Source of the DNA: Clostridia bacterium
GTDB lineage: Bacteria; Bacillota; Clostridia; Oscillospirales; Butyricicoccaceae
Assembly (NCBI GenBank): GCA_017547995.1
Contig: JAFYNW010000229.1
Coordinates: forward strand, 1-32,042
Direction of reading: 5' to 3'
Length of the DNA: 32,042 bases
Both the position numbers and the translations under genes were made by a program. How positions within the stretch are numbered: the stretch's first letter is position 1; every line of letters starts with the position of its first letter. Positions 17,373-24,260 of this stretch are shown here, in pieces. Under the pieces are notes generated by a model that saw only the letters and a program-made list of their open reading frames with translations, searched no databases and was not told the origin of the DNA.

Positions 17373-19619
17373 ATGAACCAGGAATTATTAGAACAGAAGC
17401 TTAAAAAAGCGTTAGAGCTTGCTCCACCAAATGTTTTTGACAAGGTTGCTAATCTTTACTTTGTCCCTACATTCTGCGGTGAACATGAATTCTTCTACAA
17501 GGATGAACACTTTGTCGGAGAGGATAAATGCCATAAGTTCTTCCTTGTAAATATGGAAAACGGCGAAAAAACAGATCTTTTCGACCATATCATTCTCGGC
17601 AAGAGACTTTCTGACCACCTTGGCAAGGAAATCAGCCACAGAAAGCTCCCTATCGAAAACGTAAAGAAGACAGCTGACGGTATCGAGTTTGAATATGAAA
17701 AAGTAAAGTATGCATTTGCTGACAACAAGCTTACAGAAATTGAAAAGGTTCCTGTACAGAAGCTCGTTATCTCCCCTGACGGAAAGCTCGGCGCTTTCAC
17801 ACGTGATGAAAACGTTTTCGTCAAGGATATGGCAACAGGCGAAGAAACTCAGGTTACATTTGATGGTATTCCTCATTACGGCTATGCTGGTGTATTTGAA
17901 GGCAACGAAAATATCATCCGTGAAAAGCTCATCGGCTTTGTAAGACCTGCAGGTGTTATGTGGTCTCCAGACAGCAAGAAGCTCCTTACATACCGCATTG
18001 ACGAACGCGACGTCAAGGAACTTCACCTTATCCAGAACGTTCCTACAGACGGCTCTATGCGTCCAATTCACTATGCATATAAGTATGCTCTTCCTGAAGA
18101 TGACGTTGTAGCAGTTGCTGAGCTTTATCTCTGCGACCTTGAAAAGAAGCAGAATACAATGATTCTCGACAAGGTTTACGTTGACCTTTCCGAACCATTC
18201 AACGGCGGTTTCAAAATTGCTGCATGGTCTGACGAAGGCAACAACTTTATCGCATGGAGAATGGACAGAGGCCATAAGAATGCTGAAGTATTCAAGGTTA
18301 ACTCCAACACTCTTGAAAAAGAACACATTTTCACAGAAACAACAGATACATTCCTCTTCTTCGACTTCTACCGCGGTAAGTTTGGCGGCGACCCACGTTT
18401 CGATAAGAACGCAATCCGTCAGATGTGGTACAGCGAAGAAAAGAACAGACTCTTTTGGATTTCCGAACGCGACGGCTATTTCCACGTATATGATTACGAT
18501 GTAAACGGTAAGCAGGTAAGAAAGCAGATTACAAGTGGTGAATACAACGTTCGTCAGATTCTCCGCGTAGATGACGAAAAGAATATTATGTATCTCACAG
18601 CTGCAGGCGTTGAAGAATACAGCTCCCCATACAAGATGAAGGCTTATACTTGCAACATGGAAACAGGCGAGCTTACAATCCTCACACCTGATGAACACGA
18701 ACACTACGTAAATATCTCTCCTGACGGCAAGTTCATCGTTGACAACTTCTCAACTGCAGACGAACCACCAATGGTAGTTATCAGAGATATCGAAGGTAAG
18801 TATATTTCTACAGTGTTCAAGGCAGATATCACACCACTTAACGCAATGGGTATTTCCTACGCAATGTCCTATAAGGAAAAGGGCGCTGACGGCAAGACAG
18901 ATATCTATGGTATTATGGTATTCCCTTCCGACTTCGACCCTAAGAAAAAGTATCCAATCATGGACTACTACTATGGTGGTAATCAGACAACAAACGTTCC
19001 TACAAACTACCACGACTTCCTCAACAAGGGCTACCTCAACAGCCTTGCAGAGCTCGGCTTTATCGTAGTTATCGTTGACGGCCACGGCACACCATTCAGA
19101 AGCAAGGCATTCCATGACACTTGCCACAAGAACGTCGGCACTTGCTGCGGTATGGACGACCATGTTGCTGTATTCAAGAATCTTTGCGCTAAGTATCCAT
19201 TCATGGATGGTGACAAGATCGCTGTATGGGGTCATTCCGGCGGCGGTTTTGCAGCATATAAGTGTATGGTAACATATCCTGAAGTTTATAAGTGCGCTAT
19301 GGCATCCGGCGGTAATCATATGCAGGAACTCTATATTTCCGGCTGGAGCGAACGCTTCATGAATGAATATGATGCAGAAGTATGGAAGGCTCAGAACTCT
19401 GAATTCGATGCTCACAAGCTTCAGGGTCCTCTCCTTCTCATTCACGGCGAGCTTGACGATAACGTTCATCCTGCTGCAACAATGCGTCTTGTTGATGCAC
19501 TCATCAAGGCTGATAAGGACTTTGATTTCCTCATCGTTCCAAACAGACACCATCTCCTCTCCATTGATAAGTATTATCAGAAGAAGGTATTCAAGTTCTT
19601 CGCAAAGCATATGCTCTAA
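17373..19619 (+). CDS. S9-family serine peptidase, dipeptidyl-peptidase IV-like (beta-propeller plus alpha/beta hydrolase)
   Basis: 748 aa. It has the GxSxGG nucleophile elbow (WGHSGGGFAAY), an acid motif (HGELDDNVH), a His motif (PNRHHLL) and a long N-terminal propeller-like region. No signal peptide is visible. AGGAGG RBS. Confidence 0.85.
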   Translation: MNQELLEQKLKKALELAPPNVFDKVANLYFVPTFCGEHEFFYKDEHFVGEDKCHKFFLVNMENGEKTDLFDHIILGKRLSDHLGKEISHRKLPIENVKKTADGIEFEYEKVKYAFADNKLTEIEKVPVQKLVISPDGKLGAFTRDENVFVKDMATGEETQVTFDGIPHYGYAGVFEGNENIIREKLIGFVRPAGVMWSPDSKKLLTYRIDERDVKELHLIQNVPTDGSMRPIHYAYKYALPEDDVVAVAELYLCDLEKKQNTMILDKVYVDLSEPFNGGFKIAAWSDEGNNFIAWRMDRGHKNAEVFKVNSNTLEKEHIFTETTDTFLFFDFYRGKFGGDPRFDKNAIRQMWYSEEKNRLFWISERDGYFHVYDYDVNGKQVRKQITSGEYNVRQILRVDDEKNIMYLTAAGVEEYSSPYKMKAYTCNMETGELTILTPDEHEHYVNISPDGKFIVDNFSTADEPPMVVIRDIEGKYISTVFKADITPLNAMGISYAMSYKEKGADGKTDIYGIMVFPSDFDPKKKYPIMDYYYGGNQTTNVPTNYHDFLNKGYLNSLAELGFIVVIVDGHGTPFRSKAFHDTCHKNVGTCCGMDDHVAVFKNLCAKYPFMDGDKIAVWGHSGGGFAAYKCMVTYPEVYKCAMASGGNHMQELYISGWSERFMNEYDAEVWKAQNSEFDAHKLQGPLLLIHGELDDNVHPAATMRLVDALIKADKDFDFLIVPNRHHLLSIDKYYQKKVFKFFAKHML

Positions 19620-19667
19620 TATTCAATAAATAATTATATTTAAAATATAAATACGGAGGTACAAGCT

Positions 19668-21164
19668 ATGTCTAATCCAAAGGTAAAACGCGCTATTGAG
19701 ATCGTTAAGGAACAGCGTTACTACGACAGTATTCAGGGCCTTATGGGCTGGGATATCTGGGAAGGTCTTTCCAAGGAAGGCCAGCCATACCGTTCTGAAG
19801 TAAGCGGTTATTTCACAAAGCACGCTCTCAGCCTTCTCAAGAGCAAGGAAACAGAAATGCTCGTCGGCGAACTCAAGGAGCTCGATGATTCCGCATTCGC
19901 AGATATCTACGAAAAGGCTGCTGCAAAGAACCTTATCGACAGATATACAAAGGCAACTCAGATTCCTGATGAACTTCAGGTTGAAATGAGAAAGTTTACT
20001 GCTGAAGCTCAGCGCATCTGGCAGGACTGCCTCAAGATCAATAGCTTTGAAGCTTATAAGCCAACTCTTAAGGGTCTCTTTGACCTCAAAATGAAGGTTG
20101 CTAACGCTATCAATCCTCATGCAAATCCATTTGACGTTCTCTGTGACACAGTTGACAAGGGCATCGATACAGCTGAAGTGGGCAGAATCTTTGCAGCTCT
20201 CAAGGTTGGTATCAAGGACATCCTCGATCAGATCAAGGATGAACACGCAGCTATCGATGACAGCAAGGTAAGATTCCAGTGTGAAACAAAGCGTATCCGT
20301 GACATGGCATACGATGTAAACACACTCACAGGCTTTAACTATGACTGCGGTAAGGACTCCGAAACTGTTCACGGTATGTGTACAGGCGTCGGTCCACGCG
20401 ACAGCCGTATTGCTATTTCCTATCGTGGTGACCCATGGGGCGGTATGTTCACAATGCTCCACGAAGGTGGTCACGGCCGTTATAACTACGGTTCCAACCC
20501 AAGAGCTATTGAATGTGGCGTATGGGGCGGCGTAAGCGGTGCAATGCACGAAGGTCAGGCTCGCTTCTACGAAAATATGGTTGGTCGTTCTTATGAATTC
20601 ATCAAGTACGCATATCCAACAATGGTAAAGCACTTCCCTGAAATCAAGGATATCAGTGTTGAAGATTTCTACAAGGCAGTTAACAAGGTAACTCCAAGCC
20701 TTAACCGTATCGGTGCTGATGAACTTACATACAGCCTCCACCCTATCATCCGTTTTGAAATTGAAAAGGAATTCTTCAACGGCAACATCAAGACAGATGA
20801 CTTTATGGAACTTTGGGATGCTAAGTATGAAGAATGCTTCGGCCTCAGACCAAAGAACGTTAAGGAAGGCGTTCTTCAGGATATCCACTGGGCATCCGGT
20901 CACGTTGGTTACTTCCAGAGCTATACACTCGGTAACGTATACGGCGGTCAGCTTCTTCATAAGATGCTCGAAAAGACACCTGATCTTTACAAGCAGATGG
21001 AACTCGGCAACTTTGCTCCTGTTAATGATTTCCTCTATGAAAACATTCACCAGTATGGTAATTCCGCATACACACCAAAGGAACTCATTGTCAACGCAAC
21101 AGGCGAAGAACTTACAGAAAAGTACTTCCTCGAATATCTCCGCAACAAGTATCTCAAGAAGTAA
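19668..21164 (+). CDS. M32 carboxypeptidase (carboxypeptidase Taq family)
   Basis: 498 aa. HEGGHGRY (HExxH), HEGQARFYEN, DIHWASGHVGYFQSYTLGN and IRFEIEKE match M32 signatures. GGAGG RBS. Confidence 0.88.
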   Translation: MSNPKVKRAIEIVKEQRYYDSIQGLMGWDIWEGLSKEGQPYRSEVSGYFTKHALSLLKSKETEMLVGELKELDDSAFADIYEKAAAKNLIDRYTKATQIPDELQVEMRKFTAEAQRIWQDCLKINSFEAYKPTLKGLFDLKMKVANAINPHANPFDVLCDTVDKGIDTAEVGRIFAALKVGIKDILDQIKDEHAAIDDSKVRFQCETKRIRDMAYDVNTLTGFNYDCGKDSETVHGMCTGVGPRDSRIAISYRGDPWGGMFTMLHEGGHGRYNYGSNPRAIECGVWGGVSGAMHEGQARFYENMVGRSYEFIKYAYPTMVKHFPEIKDISVEDFYKAVNKVTPSLNRIGADELTYSLHPIIRFEIEKEFFNGNIKTDDFMELWDAKYEECFGLRPKNVKEGVLQDIHWASGHVGYFQSYTLGNVYGGQLLHKMLEKTPDLYKQMELGNFAPVNDFLYENIHQYGNSAYTPKELIVNATGEELTEKYFLEYLRNKYLKK

Positions 21165-21176
21165 TTTCAAATACAG

Positions 21177-21208
21177 AAAAAGCTCCTGCTTAAAGGCAGG
21201 AGCTTTTC
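21177..21208. terminator. Bidirectional rho-independent terminator between the M32 peptidase gene and the convergent P-loop gene
   Basis: AAAAGCTCCTGC-TTAAAG-GCAGGAGCTTTT, flanked by A- and T-runs. Confidence 0.85.
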
Positions 21209-21209
21209 T

Positions 21210-21704
21210 TTATATATTCATAATTTCAATCGCTATTTCTTCGACCGATTTATCATCAGTATTTATGTTTATACTATTTAAGCACTCATACATTGGTATT
21301 CTTACCAAGCTTCTTTCAAGAACGTCTGCTGTGCGGATACCATTTTCAATATCCTTACCAAGTCTATCTTTAAGAGTTCTTTCTGTGCAAACCAATGAAA
21401 TCGGAATTATTCTGCAGTTATCTTTTTCAAGACCATTTATAACGTCATCAATAATACTCTGCACGTGCATTACCCAGCAGAAAATAATATTCTGATATGC
21501 ACTGCATTTTGTAAAATTATTGAGTGTATGATGGATATTATCCATAACCATCGCCTTTGTTTCTTCCGTAACCACAAAAGGGTCAGCATCCCAGCACCAA
21601 TCGCCATCAAGAAAAATTGCATTATCCAGCTTTTTCTTCAGCAACTGACTGACCGTAGTCTTTCCTACGCCCATAGTGCCGCCAATTATATATACGTTTT
21701 TCAT
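21210..21704 (-). CDS. Small P-loop NTPase/kinase-like protein (AAA_33/TmrB-like by eye)
   Basis: 164 aa. Walker A is GGTMGVGKTT at the N-terminus. The overall layout resembles small nucleotide/antibiotic-kinase-like ATPases such as TmrB. GAGG RBS 7 nt before the ATG. Confidence 0.55.
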   Translation of the reverse strand: MKNVYIIGGTMGVGKTTVSQLLKKKLDNAIFLDGDWCWDADPFVVTEETKAMVMDNIHHTLNNFTKCSAYQNIIFCWVMHVQSIIDDVINGLEKDNCRIIPISLVCTERTLKDRLGKDIENGIRTADVLERSLVRIPMYECLNSININTDDKSVEEIAIEIMNI

Positions 21705-21758
21705 AGCATTACCTCTTTTCTATAATGCTATTATATCATTCTTGTTTTATAATTTCAA

Positions 21759-22532
21759 TCAGGCAAGGCGCTTTTTGACCTTTTCAATTACTCCTTTTTC
21801 AAGCCTTGACACCTGTGCCTGAGATATTCCTATTTCCTTTGCCACCTCTGTCTGTGTCTTTCCGTCGTAAAATCTCAGAGCAAGTATTCTCTTTTCTCTA
21901 TCATCCAGATCTGTCACAGCCTGCTTTATGGAAATCTGTTCTATCCAATTATCATCTGTGCTCATTGTATCGCGAATCTGGTCCATAACGCAGATTGTGT
22001 CGCCACCATCCTGATAAATAGGATCATATAATGACACAGGGTCAGCTATGGCATCCAGAGCAAAAATCACGTCTTCTCTCTTCAGTCCAAGATTCTTCGC
22101 AAGTTCTTCAGCAGTCGGCTCACGCTGATATCGGGCAATAAACTCCTCTTTTGCAGTAAGTGCCTTATATGCATTATCTCTCATCGATCTGCTGACTCTT
22201 ACCGGGCTGTTATCCCGCAGAAATCTCCTAAGTTCTCCAATTATCATCGGCACTGCATAAGTTGAAAACCTTACTCCGTGCACCGGGTCAAAATTGTCAA
22301 TTGCTTTAATGAGCCCTATACACCCAATCTGAAAAAGGTCGTCCGAAGGCTCACCTCTTCCGGTAAACTTATGAAGTACTGCAAGCACCAGCTTAAGATT
22401 TCCTGCAACAAGTTCATCTCTTGAAAATGCATCTCCTGACCTTGCTTTTGTAAGCAAACACATTGTTTCATCATTCTTTAACACTGTAAGCTTGGAGGTA
22501 TTTACACCACATATTTCAACTTTTCCCTGCAT
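21759..22532 (-). CDS. sigG: Sporulation sigma factor SigG (forespore late); start corrected to ATG at 22532
   Basis: MQGKVEICGVNTSKLTVLKNDE... matches the characteristic SigG N-terminus (B. subtilis: NKVEICGVDTSKLPVLKNEE). Matches continue through region 2 (FSTYAVPMIIGELRRFLRDN) and region 4 (ISQAQVSRLEK). AGGAGA RBS precedes M18 of the track ORF. Confidence 0.9.
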   Translation of the reverse strand: MQGKVEICGVNTSKLTVLKNDETMCLLTKARSGDAFSRDELVAGNLKLVLAVLHKFTGRGEPSDDLFQIGCIGLIKAIDNFDPVHGVRFSTYAVPMIIGELRRFLRDNSPVRVSRSMRDNAYKALTAKEEFIARYQREPTAEELAKNLGLKREDVIFALDAIADPVSLYDPIYQDGGDTICVMDQIRDTMSTDDNWIEQISIKQAVTDLDDREKRILALRFYDGKTQTEVAKEIGISQAQVSRLEKGVIEKVKKRLA

Positions 22533-22605
22533 ATCATTCTCCTGATAAAATACTGATATAATTATTGTCATTTTCAGCATCAATAATTCACAGGAGATAA
22601 AAATA

Positions 22606-22646
22606 AACCACTATAATCCATATCATTGACGTAGATTATAGTGGTT
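22606..22646 (-). terminator. Rho-independent terminator after sdaAA
   Basis: Minus strand: AACCACTATAATC-(15 nt)-GATTATAGTGGTT followed by TATTTTTAT. Confidence 0.6.
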
Positions 22647-22651
22647 GAAAA

Positions 22652-23527
22652 TTATAATTTATTCATTCTTTTTGCAACTTCAATACCCGTAGGTGTAAGT
22701 GCAAGTCCTCCCTTTGAAGTTTCTCTCAAAGAAGGAGGCATTGTAACGCCGATCTGATACATTGTGTCAATAACTTCATCAGGTGGAATAAAGCTTCTGA
22801 TACCTGATTTAGCCATATCTGCCGCAGTAATTGCAAGCGAAGCGAATACGCCGTTCCTCTTGACGCAAGGCACTTCAACAAGCCCTGCTACAGGGTCACA
22901 TACGAGACCAAGGCAATTTTTAAGAGCAAGCGTTGCTGCATGAGCACATTCTTCAAATGGGCTGCCTGTAACAAAAGCCGCAGCAGCTGCAGCCATTGCC
23001 GCACCCGCACCGCATTCAGCCTGACAACCACCCTGTGCACCTGAAATAGTTGCTCTTATGGCAATTACAGTACCGATAGAAGCAGCTGTCAAAAGCGCCT
23101 TGATTGCAGTATCATCATCAAAGCCAAATTCTTCCTGCGCAGCAACAAGCACACCCGGAAGGATACCTGATGCACCTGCTGTTGGAGCTGCAACGATGAT
23201 ACCCATACTTGCATTATGTTCAGATGTAGCAAGCGAATACGCTATCGCCTTTGAATGAAAACGGCTGAGCATACTAGAGTGTTTTTCGATCTGATTATTA
23301 TATAATCTTGCATCGCCGCCCGAAAGTCCACTGACAGACATAAGGTTGGATTCAAGTCCATCCTTGATTCCCTGTTTCATTACAGAGTAAACGTTTGAAA
23401 CTCTTTCGTAAATTTTATCGATAGGAACACCTGTGTCTTCACATTCAAGCTCCATCATAAGCTGCCACACAGGTATATTTTTTTCTTTTGAATCGTTTAT
23501 GAGTGCTTCAATTCCTGATATATACAT
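22652..23527 (-). CDS. sdaAA: L-serine dehydratase, iron-sulfur dependent, alpha subunit
   Basis: 291 aa. It has Gly/Ala-rich SDH-alpha motifs (AAPTAGASGILPG, GAQGGCQAECG, CDPVAGLVEVPC). Confidence 0.93.
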   Translation of the reverse strand: MYISGIEALINDSKEKNIPVWQLMMELECEDTGVPIDKIYERVSNVYSVMKQGIKDGLESNLMSVSGLSGGDARLYNNQIEKHSSMLSRFHSKAIAYSLATSEHNASMGIIVAAPTAGASGILPGVLVAAQEEFGFDDDTAIKALLTAASIGTVIAIRATISGAQGGCQAECGAGAAMAAAAAAFVTGSPFEECAHAATLALKNCLGLVCDPVAGLVEVPCVKRNGVFASLAITAADMAKSGIRSFIPPDEVIDTMYQIGVTMPPSLRETSKGGLALTPTGIEVAKRMNKL

Positions 23528-23538
23528 ATTTTATCACC

Positions 23539-24204
23539 TTAAAATCTTGGGATTCTGATAACCTGATTTACGTTTTTTGTCATTCTGAGCATACTTACTG
23601 TGTCATCTGCAACCGGCACGTCTGTTTCGATTATAGAAACAACTTCGCCATTTCTCTTCGTACGCTTGAGAGTCATGTTACTGATGTTGTACCCTGCCCA
23701 GGCCATAACTGTTGTAAGCGCAGACAACATGCCCGGTATATCAAGATGAATAATTACAAGCGTATCCTGATTACATGGTGTTTCGATTGTAAATTCATTG
23801 ATGGAATTAATAACAATAGAGCCACCGCCGACAGATGCCGCTCTCATTTTGAATTTCTTACCAGTAACGCTTTCTGCCTCAATTTTAACTGTATTAGGAT
23901 GATATCTGGATTCCTGGGCTTCTGCAAAGGTAATTTGCATTCCCAGTTTTTTTGCGATATCGAGACTGTCTCGGTTTTCAATATCTGCCGGTCTGTGTCC
24001 CAGCAAACCACCGACTACCGCTTTGTCTGTACCATGTCCTATTGCAGTTTCTGCAAACGAACCATAAAGAGTTACTTTTGCTTTTTTCACTTCTTCACCC
24101 ATCAACATTCTGCATGCCAAGCCAATACGGACAGCACCGGCTGTATGTGAGGAAGATGGACCTACAGTAATCGGGCCTAAAATATCAAAAAGACTTACAC
24201 TCAT
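23539..24204 (-). CDS. sdaAB: L-serine dehydratase, iron-sulfur dependent, beta subunit (with C-terminal ACT-like domain)
   Basis: 221 aa. N-terminal FDILGPITVGPSSSHTAGAVRIG. It lies immediately upstream of sdaAA. Confidence 0.93.
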   Translation of the reverse strand: MSVSLFDILGPITVGPSSSHTAGAVRIGLACRMLMGEEVKKAKVTLYGSFAETAIGHGTDKAVVGGLLGHRPADIENRDSLDIAKKLGMQITFAEAQESRYHPNTVKIEAESVTGKKFKMRAASVGGGSIVINSINEFTIETPCNQDTLVIIHLDIPGMLSALTTVMAWAGYNISNMTLKRTKRNGEVVSIIETDVPVADDTVSMLRMTKNVNQVIRIPRF

Positions 24205-24223
24205 ATTTTTCCCTCATATTGAA

Positions 24224-24248
24224 AGTGGCACCCTATACGGATGCCACT
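24224..24248 (-). terminator. Weak hairpin after ileS (possible leaky terminator or processing site)
   Basis: Minus strand: AGTGGCA-TCCGTATAGGG-TGCCACT followed by TTCAAT. The stem is short and the U-tract poor. Confidence 0.35.
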
Positions 24249-24260
24249 ACTAAAGTTAAA

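Noticed and set aside
17412-19610. 430-aa and 286-aa ORFs on the - strand opposite the S9 peptidase gene
   Set aside because: They are codon-aligned antisense mirror ORFs, interrupted only where the sense gene uses a rare TTA/CTA/TCA codon. The sense strand has clear catalytic-triad motifs.
19636-19660. AT-only palindrome (TTATATTT A AAATATAA) between the S9 and M32 genes
   Set aside because: It is composed purely of A/T pairs with essentially no loop, and has no G/C stem or U-tract. It is unlikely to be a terminator and is expected by chance in AT-rich spacers.
19623-21170. 515-aa ORF on the - strand covering the whole M32 carboxypeptidase gene
   Set aside because: This is the same codon-aligned antisense artefact. 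It has no recognisable motifs, and it starts inside the bidirectional terminator region.
20713-21495. 260-aa + strand ORF running from inside the M32 gene through the terminator into the P-loop gene
   Set aside because: It is out of frame with the M32 gene, reads straight through a strong bidirectional terminator, and its translation is Ser/Ile-rich low-complexity sequence.
22533-22583. 17-codon extension of the sigG ORF (also the 10-codon extension of sepF at 28680..28709 and the TTG start of hfq at 30203)
   Set aside because: In each case the internal ATG has a properly spaced Shine-Dalgarno and reproduces the conserved family N-terminus. The longer versions include the RBS itself within the coding sequence.
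22555-22592. Possible forespore (sigma-F/G) promoter upstream of sigG
   Set aside because: It is not reported as a feature. The match to the -10 CATnnTA is poor (CAATAAT), and an equally plausible sigma-A-like TTGATG/TATATC pair overlaps it. The sequence alone cannot discriminate between them.
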